NCBI GenBank assembly: GCA_037131775.1
Contig: JBAXQK010000006.1
Location: 1 to 54,785, forward strand
Reading direction: 5' to 3'
DNA length: 54,785 bases
Source of the DNA: Candidatus Uhrbacteria bacterium
GTDB taxonomy: Bacteria > Patescibacteriota > Patescibacteriia > UBA9934 > GWF2-40-263
A model generated the notes under the pieces. It worked only from the letters and a program-made list of their open reading frames with translations. It made no database searches and was not told the origin of the DNA. The translations under genes and the position numbers were made by a program. The number at the start of each line of letters is the position of its first letter. Within the stretch, counting starts at the first letter, position 1. Shown here piece after piece: positions 44,721 to 53,647 of the stretch.

Positions 44721-46505
44721 ATGCAAATCAGACGATCAGCCCTCTCCCTCGCCTCCCACCCGGGAAAGATTCTCCTGTGGCCGCTCGTTCGGTGGTATCA
44801 GAATCGGTACGAGGGAAGGTACCGGTTCGCGCGCCTCGCGTTCTCGTTCGACCTCGTGCTCATCGGACTCGCCGCGGCCCTTGGGATCGTGGCGCTCGTC
44901 CTGTTTCTGTACAAGCCGGTCCCGTTCGCGGACAAGATCGTCTTCGCCGCCGAGGTCGCCCCGCGCGAGATCGTCTCGGGGACATCGTCGACGCTCGTGA
45001 TCCGATATGAGAACGGGACGGGCGAGGAGCTGCGCGACGCGAACCTGGTCTTTGAGTTCCCCGCGCACTTCCTTCTTCAGTCCGTCGACGACAAGTCGCT
45101 GGCGGACGACGCCGGCGTCGGGAGCAAGGTCGTCGTCGGGACGATCCCGGTCGGCGGGACCGGGTCGGTGAAGATCCGCGGGGTCATGTTCGGGCCGATT
45201 GGCGGAGAACAGACGTTTCGAAGCGTCATGACGTTCGTCCACGGCGCGAAGAGCGTCGCGGGACAGAAGGCCGACGCGCAGACGTTCTCGCCGTCGAAAT
45301 CGACGCTCCAGCTGACGCTTTCCCTCCCGGAAAAAATCCTCGCGTTCCAGCCGATGAACGGAATGCTCACGTACAAAAACACGGGAGCGATCGACTATCC
45401 GGAGGTTACCGTCGCGCCGGAGTGGCCGGCGGGATTCACGTTCGTCTCCGCCGACGAGCCGATGCGCGACGGGCTGTTCGTCATCCCCGCGCTCACGGCC
45501 GGGGCGGAGGGGACGACGCGCTTCGTCGGCAACGTCGGGAACGCAACCGAGCCGCTCGCCTTCCAATTTCGCCCGTCGTTCGCCTTCGGGACCGATTCCT
45601 ACGAGCTGGAGACGCTGACGCAGGCTGCCGAGGTCGTGCCACTGCCGATTCGAATTACCCACAGCGTCGAAAACGACACGGTGCGTCCCGGAGGTTCCGC
45701 GAACGTCACGGTGACGTACGAGAATATCGGCGACGTCGCCGTGCAGGACCTGCGCATTTTCGTCTCGAGTAACAGCCCGTTCGCGACAATGAAGACCGTC
45801 GAGGCCAACTTCAAGCAATCGCACCCCGAGCTCGCGAAGGTCGAGCCGGGACAGACCGGGACGATCACGCTTTCGATTCCGCTGAAAACGTCCGTCGAGC
45901 AGAGCGCGACGAGGGTCTATGAGAACCTCCCGTTCGCGACGACCGCCTCGGCGACGTTCGACATGGCCGAACTCAGCCAGGCGACGGTCGCGGACAGCCC
46001 GATCACAACCGTGATGACCTCCCCGCTCGTGCTCAGCTCGTTCGGCCGCTACGCGACGCCGAGCGGCGACCAGATCGGACGCGGCCCGCTGCCGCCGACC
46101 GTCGACGAGGAGACGAGCTATTGGATCTTCTGGAACATTAGAGGAACCACGAATGCGCTCCGGAACGTCCGCATCGAGGGCCAGCTCGGGGAAAACGTCG
46201 CGTTCACGGGACGCCAGACGGACTCGGTAAATGGCGGGGTCCTGGAAACGGGAAGCCAGATCGTCTGGACCGCCGATTCCCTGTCCCCGACCCTCTCCCC
46301 CGACAGCAAGATCGTCGGCGTCGCGTTCGAGGTGTCGCTCATGCCGACCGCCGACCAGATCGGGACCGCGCCGACGCTGCTGAGGAATATCCGCGTCACC
46401 GCGACCGACGCGGTGACGGGCGCGGTCGTCTCGGCGGCCGGGACCGCGATAACGACATCCCTGCCGGACGACGCGATGGCCGGAGGAATGGCAATCGTCG
46501 AATAG
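44721..46505 (+). CDS. Membrane-anchored protein with repeated Ig-like (DUF11-like) domains
   Basis: ATG 44721 one nt after upstream stop; TM ~aa 35-60; repeated YxN.G modules, GPLPP.V..ETSYWIFW. Confidence 0.78.
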   Translation: MQIRRSALSLASHPGKILLWPLVRWYQNRYEGRYRFARLAFSFDLVLIGLAAALGIVALVLFLYKPVPFADKIVFAAEVAPREIVSGTSSTLVIRYENGTGEELRDANLVFEFPAHFLLQSVDDKSLADDAGVGSKVVVGTIPVGGTGSVKIRGVMFGPIGGEQTFRSVMTFVHGAKSVAGQKADAQTFSPSKSTLQLTLSLPEKILAFQPMNGMLTYKNTGAIDYPEVTVAPEWPAGFTFVSADEPMRDGLFVIPALTAGAEGTTRFVGNVGNATEPLAFQFRPSFAFGTDSYELETLTQAAEVVPLPIRITHSVENDTVRPGGSANVTVTYENIGDVAVQDLRIFVSSNSPFATMKTVEANFKQSHPELAKVEPGQTGTITLSIPLKTSVEQSATRVYENLPFATTASATFDMAELSQATVADSPITTVMTSPLVLSSFGRYATPSGDQIGRGPLPPTVDEETSYWIFWNIRGTTNALRNVRIEGQLGENVAFTGRQTDSVNGGVLETGSQIVWTADSLSPTLSPDSKIVGVAFEVSLMPTADQIGTAPTLLRNIRVTATDAVTGAVVSAAGTAITTSLPDDAMAGGMAIVE

Positions 46506-46508
46506 ACA

Positions 46509-46539
46509 AAAGTCCCCGCCACGAAGTGGCGGGGACTTT
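46509..46539. terminator. Bidirectional terminator
   Basis: AAAGTCCCCGCCAC-GAA-GTGGCGGGGACTTT between convergent genes. Confidence 0.75.
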
Positions 46540-46542
46540 GAC

Positions 46543-46695
46543 TTATCGGTTTCGAAACCCCGCCAAAAAATTTTCCATGACCGACGGAGGCTCTCGGTCC
46601 CGCTTTGGGCGGGATTCCTTCGACGGCTTTTCCTTGTTCTCATCTTTCTTGTCCGGACCTTCCTTTGGACGATCCGTTGGTTCGTCGAGTTCCAT
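46543..46695 (-). CDS. Possible small charged protein (50 aa)
   Basis: MELDEPTDRPKEGPDKK...MENFLAGFRNR fills the gap between GT4 stop (46707) and the terminator. Confidence 0.4.
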   Translation of the reverse strand: MELDEPTDRPKEGPDKKDENKEKPSKESRPKRDREPPSVMENFLAGFRNR

Positions 46696-46706
46696 ACGCA
46701 TCCATC

Positions 46707-47954
46707 CTAGACGGACGCCAAGCGCATGGCAAGCGCGTCCTCGTACGCCTTCAGGACCCGCGCGTGATGGTTCTTGACATGAAACGTCGTTTCGGCCGCC
46801 AATCGGGCATTTCTCGCCAGTCCGAGGCGAAAATCCTCGTCGAAGGCCAGCCGCATGACCGCCTCGACCCAGCCGTGCAGGTCGTTCGGGGCCACGAGGA
46901 GGCCCGTGACGCGATCCTCCACGACCTCTGGCATTCCGCCAACGCTGCTGCCGATGACCGGCTTGCCGTGGACCATCGCCTCGAGCGTGATGAGCGGGAA
47001 GATCTCGTGGACGCGGCTCGGCGCGAGGACGGCCATGGCGCCGGCGTACAGCTCGGCAAGCAGCTCGCCCGAGCGGAACCCGACGAACTCGATGTTCGGC
47101 GACCCGTGCGCGAGCGCGTGAAGTCGGTCTTCCTCGGGCCCGGTGCCGACGATCTTGAACGGGACGTCGGGCAGCTGGCGCGCAATTTGGATGACCGTCT
47201 CGACCCCCTTCTCCTCCGAGAGGCGGCCGACGTACAGCATGTAGCCCTTGTGTCCGTAGGACGGCGCCACGGACGACGGGTCCGCCCCATAGTGGTTCGT
47301 CCGGAGCTTCGCCTCGGGAAACCCGGCGGCAATCATTTTTCGGCGGATATAGTCGGACGGGCACAGGAAGATGTCGACGGCATTGCGATAGGATCCGCGG
47401 TTGTAGTGGAACTTGAAGGCGGCGACCTGCGCGAACGATGCGGCGTAGGAATTCTTGTGGAAGCGGGAGAGCGTACCCGCGATGATTCCCGTCGACATGC
47501 CAACGCTCGGAACGGACGCGACGGGACCGCAGCCGGCGGCCCAGACGTTGTACTGCGGGGAGATCAGGTGGTGATCGTGCACGGTCATCACGACGGGGAC
47601 GCGGCGGGACTTGAGCGCGCCGAGGATCGACGGGGACAGCTGGGTGTAGATGTTGTGGACGTGCGCGATATCGGGGCGCTTGGCGTCGACGAGCTGAGAC
47701 ATCTTTTGCCTCGCCTCCGACGAGAAGAACATTCGGAGAAACGTCTTCGCGCCCGCGAGGTTCAAGCGGACGTTTTCCGTCGCGACGAACGAGGGAAAGA
47801 ACTGCGAGGTCGTCGCAGGGAGATTTTGCGGGTGCTGCATCGCGAAGGGAAGAATCTCGTGGCCTTGCGATTCAAGCCAAGCGGAAAGATCGAGCATATA
47901 CCGCTCGGCCCCGCCCTTCAGGAAGTAAAATTTATTGGCTTGGATGATTCGCAT
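46707..47954 (-). CDS. Glycosyltransferase family 4
   Basis: KGGAERY, HVHNIY, MTVHD, YVGRLSEEKG, EIFPLITLEAM. Confidence 0.9.
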   Translation of the reverse strand: MRIIQANKFYFLKGGAERYMLDLSAWLESQGHEILPFAMQHPQNLPATTSQFFPSFVATENVRLNLAGAKTFLRMFFSSEARQKMSQLVDAKRPDIAHVHNIYTQLSPSILGALKSRRVPVVMTVHDHHLISPQYNVWAAGCGPVASVPSVGMSTGIIAGTLSRFHKNSYAASFAQVAAFKFHYNRGSYRNAVDIFLCPSDYIRRKMIAAGFPEAKLRTNHYGADPSSVAPSYGHKGYMLYVGRLSEEKGVETVIQIARQLPDVPFKIVGTGPEEDRLHALAHGSPNIEFVGFRSGELLAELYAGAMAVLAPSRVHEIFPLITLEAMVHGKPVIGSSVGGMPEVVEDRVTGLLVAPNDLHGWVEAVMRLAFDEDFRLGLARNARLAAETTFHVKNHHARVLKAYEDALAMRLASV

Positions 47955-47956
47955 AG

Positions 47957-48405
47957 GGGCTTAAGGCTGAAAGGCGTAAGGCTTAAGGGATTACGATTTT
48001 ACGGGTTCCGTCTCGAGTCGATTAGAGATCAGGGTAAATAATAATCGTAGGGCTTCGTCCAGCAACTGCTCGCAAAGCAAAAAGTCCAGATGCCTGGTCG
48101 GTCGGATTTTCTTTGCGATAAATATTTGCGTCTGCAATTCGGCGGCTGACGCAAGTGCGATGTCCAGGAATCGCCGAAATTCGCGTTCTGATCCGCGCAT
48201 CTTTCCTTCCGCAATGTTTGAAGGGATGGAAACGGCGGAACGTCTCATTTGAGAGACGAGACCGTATTTTTCATTATCTGGAAAACTGGCGGTAACTTCA
48301 TAAATAGCAACAACCAAGTCCATCCCACGCTGCCACGCGATCAAATCCTGAAAACTTCTTGCCATACGCTTATCCTTAAGCCTTACGCCTTTCAGCCTTA
48401 AGCCC
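47957..48405. mobile_element. Inverted-repeat-bounded four-helix-bundle cassette (putative mobile/intervening element)
   Basis: Perfect 32-bp IR GGGCTTAAGGCTGAAAGGCGTAAGGCTTAAGG at 47957-47988 and its reverse complement at 48374-48405 enclosing one low-GC gene. Confidence 0.65.
47991..48365 (-). CDS. Four helix bundle protein (23S rRNA intervening-sequence protein family, TIGR02436-like)
   Basis: SFQDLIAWQRGMDLVVAIYEVTASFPDNEKYGLVSQMRRSAVSIPSNIAEG...F.RFL.IA..SAAELQTQ; ATG 48365. Confidence 0.93.
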   Translation of the reverse strand: MARSFQDLIAWQRGMDLVVAIYEVTASFPDNEKYGLVSQMRRSAVSIPSNIAEGKMRGSEREFRRFLDIALASAAELQTQIFIAKKIRPTRHLDFLLCEQLLDEALRLLFTLISNRLETEPVKS

Positions 48406-49839
48406 ATCTTCTCCAAGAACCACCACGAACCCCGCGTACATCCAGACGTAGAACGCCAGCGTTCGGATCTCGAAGACCGTCGAGAGGAACGCGTTCATCG
48501 CGACTCCGAGCATTGCCGCCGCGACGCCGATCGAAAGCGCCCGCGTGAACGGATCACTGCTTCGACGATAGACGCGGACGCAGTGTACGATCAGGCCGAG
48601 GTACATCCATAGGAAGAAGAAGATCCCGAGACAGCCCGTCTCGCCCCAGAGCGAGAACCAGTTGTTGTCGATGATCCCGTCGGTACCGAAGACGCCGAAC
48701 GGAAGGCCGAGCTGCTCGTACACCTTCGTATTGCCGAGCGCTACCACTGCTCCCCCGCCAAACTGGCCCGGGCCGAAGCCGAACAGCGGCGACGCGGCCA
48801 CGACGGTGAGCGGGGTCTGGACCATCCAGTAGACGCGGCCCAGGCCGTAGTATTCCCCGCGCCAGCGGGCATAGCTGAACGTCTCGTAGAATCGCTCCAC
48901 GAGCGTCTGTCCCGGAGCCTCGGTGATATAGCGGACGTTCAAGCCGGTGATGCCGACGTAGGCGACGACCGCGACGACGACGGTTATCGCGGCGAGCATG
49001 ACGCGGCGGTCGCGCTTGATCCAGACGGCGACGAAGAGAAACGCGAGAAGGAACGCGAACCAGGAGGCGCGGGAGTAAGTAAGGACGAGTGTCGGGATGG
49101 CAACGGCGAAGAGCGCGATGATCTCCGCGCGCCAGGAAGATCCTCTCTCCAAGATTGGCGCGGACCCTCGACGCTTGAAGAAGAACTCATACGCGAACCC
49201 GACCGCAAGAGCGAGGAAAAAATAGAGAAAATTCCCCAGCCGGTCATACCTTCCAAGCGTCGCGAACACGCGCGATCCCGGCTCCCAGAACTCGTCGACC
49301 CCGCCGGTAAGCGTCACCTCGCCGAGCGAATGCGCGTCGGACGGGAGAAGCGTCGCGTCGAGCGACCCGCCGGAAAGCGACTGGACGATGCCGAGGACGG
49401 ACTCGAGCCCGACGACCGCTAACAACGCGAGGGTGAGGTTTCGCACGTAGTCGCGGCTTGGCTTCAGCTGGACGGCGACGAAGAACACGAGGATGAACCG
49501 GATGATCTGCCGCGTTCCGAGAATCGCAACGGTCGGCGAGACGGCGTTGATGGCGACCGAGGCCAGGAGGATGACGAGAAAGAGGATGAACGGAAGGTCG
49601 GCCCGCGTCGACTGGAGGCGGATCGCCCCGGTGAGCGCGCGCCAGATGACGACCGCGGCGAGGACATAGATGAGGCCCTCGGAAAAAAACCGCGCGTAGA
49701 CGTACATCTCGTCGGGCGCGAGCTTGAGGAAAACGGACTCGAACGGGAGGTAGAGGGCGAGGATCGCGAGGGTGGTCAGCGGACGGAAACAGGTAAGGAT
49801 AAGAAATCCGAGGGCCGCAATGAGAAATAGCACGAACAT
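48376..49839 (-). CDS. O-antigen ligase (Wzy_C)-like polytopic membrane protein
   Basis: RVFATLG, TYSRASW, PLFGFGPGQF, IDNNW..LWGETG..G motifs; ~12 TM; last codons and stop lie within the right inverted repeat. Confidence 0.82.
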   Translation of the reverse strand: MFVLFLIAALGFLILTCFRPLTTLAILALYLPFESVFLKLAPDEMYVYARFFSEGLIYVLAAVVIWRALTGAIRLQSTRADLPFILFLVILLASVAINAVSPTVAILGTRQIIRFILVFFVAVQLKPSRDYVRNLTLALLAVVGLESVLGIVQSLSGGSLDATLLPSDAHSLGEVTLTGGVDEFWEPGSRVFATLGRYDRLGNFLYFFLALAVGFAYEFFFKRRGSAPILERGSSWRAEIIALFAVAIPTLVLTYSRASWFAFLLAFLFVAVWIKRDRRVMLAAITVVVAVVAYVGITGLNVRYITEAPGQTLVERFYETFSYARWRGEYYGLGRVYWMVQTPLTVVAASPLFGFGPGQFGGGAVVALGNTKVYEQLGLPFGVFGTDGIIDNNWFSLWGETGCLGIFFFLWMYLGLIVHCVRVYRRSSDPFTRALSIGVAAAMLGVAMNAFLSTVFEIRTLAFYVWMYAGFVVVLGEDGLKAERRKA

Positions 49840-49855
49840 ACGGAAACAGTATAAC

Positions 49856-49888
49856 AAAAAACCGGCCGATGCGCTGGTGGGCGCAGGG
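49856..49888 (-). terminator. Intrinsic terminator after MopE-repeat gene 1
   Basis: Minus strand CCGGCC-CTGCGC-CCACCA-GCGCAT-CGGCCGG-TTTTTT. Confidence 0.6.
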
Positions 49889-49907
49889 CCGGAGGAGTCC
49901 CGAGGGA

Positions 49908-51455
49908 CTAGGGGTTCGTCACGACGAGGACGCAGTGTCCGTCGGCGTCGTCGGCCGAGTAGGCGACGTTCAGGGGCAAGCCGTCCTGCCAGCCGCGGAG
50001 GCTGCCGGACGGGGTGCCGACGCTGTCGCAGCCCCAGGTGCCGTCGGAGAACGCGGCGTCGACGCGGATGTCGTCGCCGGAGCCGAGGCAGTCGGAGAGC
50101 ATGACGTCGTAGTACCAGTCATCGCCGCCGAGCGAGGTGCTCGAGACGCTGACCCCGTCGACCATCATCGGCTGCCAGTTGCCGTCGAGGGCCGCGTTGT
50201 CGCTTACCGCGCCGTCGATGGTCGCGGTGCCCGCGTCGCCGGTGAACAGCTCGATCTCGATGCTGCAGACCGCGCCGTCGTCGACGAGCGTGTTGCAGTT
50301 GTCATCGATGCCGTTCATGAGCTCGACCGCGCCGGGGTAGGTGGTGGCCGCGTTGTCGTCGCAGTCGCCGGACGTGTCGATGTAGCTGAGCGGCGCGTTG
50401 CAGCTCGTGGCGCTGAAGGACGCGTCGCCGTAGAGGTCGCCGTCGTGGTCGCGGTACCAGGTGGTCTGGTCCGTGGAGTCCGCGCCGTCGAAAGCACCGT
50501 CGCAGTTGTTGTCGATCCCGTCGCACAGCTCGGCCGCGCCCGGGTTGATGGCCCAGTCGGCGTCGTCGCAGTCGGTCGAGTCGTCGATGGTACCCACGGG
50601 CTGCGCGCAGGCCGTCGTCGGCATGGTCGCGTCGCCGTAGCCGTCGACGTCGACGTCCGCGTACCAGGTGCCCATGAGGGACGCCTCGTCGATCGGGGTC
50701 GCCGGGTCGCAGTCGTTGTCGAGGCCGTCGCAGGACTCGGGCGCCATGGGGTAGGTGTTGGCGTCCGCGTCGTCGCAGTCGGTGGCGTCGAGCACCCAGC
50801 CGGGGCCGGGCTCGCAGGCGTCCTGGGTCATGGTCGCGTCGCCGAATCCGTCGCCGTCGATGTCCGCGTAGTACGTGGACATGTCGGCGCCGTCGTCGAT
50901 CGAGCCGTCGCAGTCGTCGTCGATCCCGTTGCAGACCTCGGCGGCCAGCGGGTTGACGGTGGCATCCGCGTCGTTGCAGTCGGCGTCGGGGAGCACGTAG
51001 CCCGAGAACGCGTCGCCGCTGTAGACGATCGGGTCGAAGTTGGCCACGTCGCCGGAACCGCCGGTCATCGCGGAGATCTTCGCCGCGTTCTCGTCCGTGT
51101 CGTCGCACATCTTGACCACGTCCACGGCGCCGTCGACGTCGAAGTCGTCGAAGTAGCCGTCGCGGTCGTCGTCGAGACCGTAGTCGGTCATCGGCACCTC
51201 GCTGTCGTCGCAGTCGATGTCGCCGTCGCAGTCGTCGTCGATCCCGTTGCCGACCGTCTCACGCTCGCCGGGGTTGACGTTGACGTCGGTGTCGTCGCAG
51301 TCGACGACCGATCCGTAGCCATCGCCGTCGTTGTCGGGCCCCATGTCGCCGGAGACGAGCACGAGGTTGTCGTCGCTGGAGGCGGGGGCGACCGAGGCGT
51401 TGCAGCCGGTGAGCGCGAGCACGATGGTCAGCGGGAGGAAGAGCGTCTTGAGCAT
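49908..51455 (-). CDS. Lipoprotein with putative metal-binding (MopE-like) Cys/Asp repeats
   Basis: Start MLKTLFLPL, lipobox LALTGC; repeated DxDGDG(Y/F)G...DCDD.....PGA.E.C(D/N)G.D(N/D)DCDG units. Confidence 0.85.
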   Translation of the reverse strand: MLKTLFLPLTIVLALTGCNASVAPASSDDNLVLVSGDMGPDNDGDGYGSVVDCDDTDVNVNPGERETVGNGIDDDCDGDIDCDDSEVPMTDYGLDDDRDGYFDDFDVDGAVDVVKMCDDTDENAAKISAMTGGSGDVANFDPIVYSGDAFSGYVLPDADCNDADATVNPLAAEVCNGIDDDCDGSIDDGADMSTYYADIDGDGFGDATMTQDACEPGPGWVLDATDCDDADANTYPMAPESCDGLDNDCDPATPIDEASLMGTWYADVDVDGYGDATMPTTACAQPVGTIDDSTDCDDADWAINPGAAELCDGIDNNCDGAFDGADSTDQTTWYRDHDGDLYGDASFSATSCNAPLSYIDTSGDCDDNAATTYPGAVELMNGIDDNCNTLVDDGAVCSIEIELFTGDAGTATIDGAVSDNAALDGNWQPMMVDGVSVSSTSLGGDDWYYDVMLSDCLGSGDDIRVDAAFSDGTWGCDSVGTPSGSLRGWQDGLPLNVAYSADDADGHCVLVVTNP

Positions 51456-51531
51456 TTGTCTTTGCCTTTTGTCTGGTGGTCTCCGACGCGCAAAAGCCGG
51501 CTTATCCGGGCAGTCACGTGAAGGAGTCGGA

Positions 51532-51560
51532 ATGATGCCACAGGATCGAATCCGTGTCAA
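51532..51560 (-). promoter_or_regulatory. Sigma70-type promoter of MopE-repeat gene 1
   Basis: TTGACA (51555-51560), 17-nt spacer, CATCAT (51532-51537). Confidence 0.5.
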
Positions 51561-51575
51561 GTGATCGGTCGGGCG

Positions 51576-51608
51576 AAAGAAAAACCGACCGGCAGGGTGC
51601 CGATCGGA
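51576..51608 (-). terminator. Intrinsic terminator after MopE-repeat gene 2
   Basis: Minus strand CCGATCGGCA-CCC-TGCCGGTCGG-TTTTTCTTT. Confidence 0.7.
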
Positions 51609-51620
51609 GTGAGTGACCGC

Positions 51621-53327
51621 CTAGGTCGCGCTGCCGTCGCAGTCGTTGTCGACGCCGTCGCCGTAGACCTCCGCGCGGGAGGGGTTCGTGGTGGCGTTGG
51701 TGTCGTCGCAGTCGCTGTCCCTGGGGACGTAGCCCGCGGTGCCGCACACGCCGGTGGGCTCGTAGATCCCGCCGGTCGGGGCGCCGTACGTGTCGTTGTC
51801 GGCGTCCGGGAAGCAGGTGAGCCCGCTGTCGTCGACGATCCCGTTGCAGTCGTCGTCCACCAGGTTGGCGTAGATCTCGGTCGCGTCCGGGCTGACCGCC
51901 GCGTCCGAGTCGTCGCAGTCCGAGAAGTCGGCCACGTAGCCGTCGGGCTGGTCGCACGAGGCAAGCCAGCTGGCATAGGTGTCGTCACCGTAGCCGTCGC
52001 CGTCGAGGTCCGTGGACCATACCGTGGCATCCTCGGCGGCAACGTCGACGTCGCCGTCGCAGTCGTCGTCGATTCCGTTGCAGATCTCGTGCTCGCCCGG
52101 GTTGACCGAGGCTTCCGAGTCGTCACAGTCCGTCGCGTCGGCCACGTAGCCGATCGGCGCGTCGCACGAGACGAAGCCCGTGCTTGCGTCGCCGTACCCG
52201 TCGCCGTCGACGTCGACGTACCAGGTGGTCACGTCGCTGGCGTCGCTCTCGTCAACCGCGCCGTCGCAGTCGTTGTCGGCGCCGTCGCAGCTCTCGGGAG
52301 CGCCCGGGTAGGAGCTCGCGGACGCGTCGTCGCAGTCCAGGCCGGCACAGACGTTGAAGCCGTCGCCGTCGAGGTCAGACTCGTCGCTCGGCACCGCGCC
52401 GTCGCAGTCGTTGTCGGCGCCGTCGCAGATCTCGGTCGCGCCCGGGTTGGTCGCGCTCGACGCGTCATCGCAGTCCGTGTCGACGCTCGACGCGTTCGCC
52501 GGGCGCGTGTAGGCGCCGTCGCAGGCCTCGGCCACCATGGCCCCGGCCCCGTAGCCGTCGCCGTCGACGTCCGCGTACCAGGTCGTCTCGCCGAACGCGC
52601 CGGACTCGTCGATCGAGCCGTCGCAGTCGTTGTCGGCCTCGTCGCACACCTCTTCGGCGAGCGGGTTGACCGTGGCGTTGCTGTCGTCGCAGTCGAAGTC
52701 GGCCGTGCCGTCGCCGTCGCTGTCGCGCGCGGCCACGAGGTCGCCGGTCGTTCCGTCGCAGGTCACGTCGACGTTCGTGGACTCGTCGCCGAACCCGTCG
52801 TTGTCCGAGTCGGAGTACCAGGACTCCGAGAGGTTCTCGTCGGCCAGGCCGTCGCAGTTGTTGTCCTGCAGGTCGCACCGCTCGGCTGCGCCGGGATAGG
52901 TGTCGGCGCTGGCGTCGTCGCAGTCCGTGCCGTCGGCCACGTAGCCGTCGGGTTGGTCGCAGGCCTCCGCGCTGGTCGCGGGGTCGCCGTAGCCGTCGCC
53001 GTCCGAGTCCGGATGCCAGGTCGACGTCTCGCACGGAACGCCCGTGTCCGTGTCGCCGGTCTCGCCAGTGTCGCCGGTCTCGACGTTGATGTCGGTATCG
53101 GTATCCGCGTCGGAATCGGCATCCGCGTCCGCGTCGGTGTCCGTGTCGGCGTCGGTGTCGACCTTGTCGCACGCCACGTCCGAGTTCGGATCGCAGTCGG
53201 CCAGCCCGCTGAGGGTGTCCCCGTCGGGATTTCCGATGAAGTAGCAGCCCTGAAGGGCGAGGAGCGCGAAGAGCGCAAGTGGCATGAAAGGCGCAAGCGC
53301 CTTGAGAAGCAAAGCGATGATCCGCAT
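51621..53327 (-). CDS. Lipoprotein composed almost entirely of MopE-like Cys/Asp repeats with DTD linker
   Basis: AGGAGG SD; lipobox LALQGC; DTDADTDTDADAD linker; about eight CDGxDNDCDG-type repeats. Confidence 0.87.
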   Translation of the reverse strand: MRIIALLLKALAPFMPLALFALLALQGCYFIGNPDGDTLSGLADCDPNSDVACDKVDTDADTDTDADADADSDADTDTDINVETGDTGETGDTDTGVPCETSTWHPDSDGDGYGDPATSAEACDQPDGYVADGTDCDDASADTYPGAAERCDLQDNNCDGLADENLSESWYSDSDNDGFGDESTNVDVTCDGTTGDLVAARDSDGDGTADFDCDDSNATVNPLAEEVCDEADNDCDGSIDESGAFGETTWYADVDGDGYGAGAMVAEACDGAYTRPANASSVDTDCDDASSATNPGATEICDGADNDCDGAVPSDESDLDGDGFNVCAGLDCDDASASSYPGAPESCDGADNDCDGAVDESDASDVTTWYVDVDGDGYGDASTGFVSCDAPIGYVADATDCDDSEASVNPGEHEICNGIDDDCDGDVDVAAEDATVWSTDLDGDGYGDDTYASWLASCDQPDGYVADFSDCDDSDAAVSPDATEIYANLVDDDCNGIVDDSGLTCFPDADNDTYGAPTGGIYEPTGVCGTAGYVPRDSDCDDTNATTNPSRAEVYGDGVDNDCDGSAT

Positions 53328-53476
53328 TGGATCCTCCTAGTGTCGGTTGTTGACTACGGTCAGGCCCGCAGCCGATTGAAAGCCAATTGGTCGTGGCCTG
53401 ATTTCCTTCCCTATCAGGCAGCGATCGCTCGGTTTTCAAACGTTTTGACATGGTTTCCCAGCCAAAACGAGTGGTA

Positions 53477-53505
53477 TTAATATCATGATCCTGGAACTTT
53501 GTCAA
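53477..53505 (-). promoter_or_regulatory. Sigma70-type promoter of MopE-repeat gene 2
   Basis: TTGACA (53500-53505), 17-nt spacer, TG-A-TATTAA (53477-53482). Confidence 0.5.
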
Positions 53506-53518
53506 TAGAAACGCCAGG

Positions 53519-53580
53519 AAAAAGAAAGACGCTCCCGACAGGACGGGAGCGCAGCGAGCGGCTCTTCCCTGTCGGGAGCG
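53519..53580 (-). terminator. Terminator with duplicated arm after MopE-repeat gene 3
   Basis: CGCTCCCG/CGGGAGCG hairpin (53530-53551) followed on minus strand by TCTTTCTTTTT; an alternative 13-bp pairing 53530-53542 with 53568-53580. Confidence 0.6.
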
Positions 53581-53647
53581 CAGAGTGGTTGTCCTCTCCT
53601 TAGCCTGCCTTCGCTGCGTCCCGTCATGCGGACGCCTTTCGTGCGGG

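Noticed and set aside
47991-48365. Diversity-generating retroelement (Avd-like gene)
   Set aside because: No reverse transcriptase and no TR/VR pair with adenine-specific mismatches seen in the window.
49140-49172. Possible decayed palindromic insert in the O-antigen ligase loop (RGSAPILERGSS)
   Set aside because: CCTCTCTCCAAGATTGG is reminiscent of the in-frame palindromes but the second arm does not pair and it does not match the 40-bp consensus.
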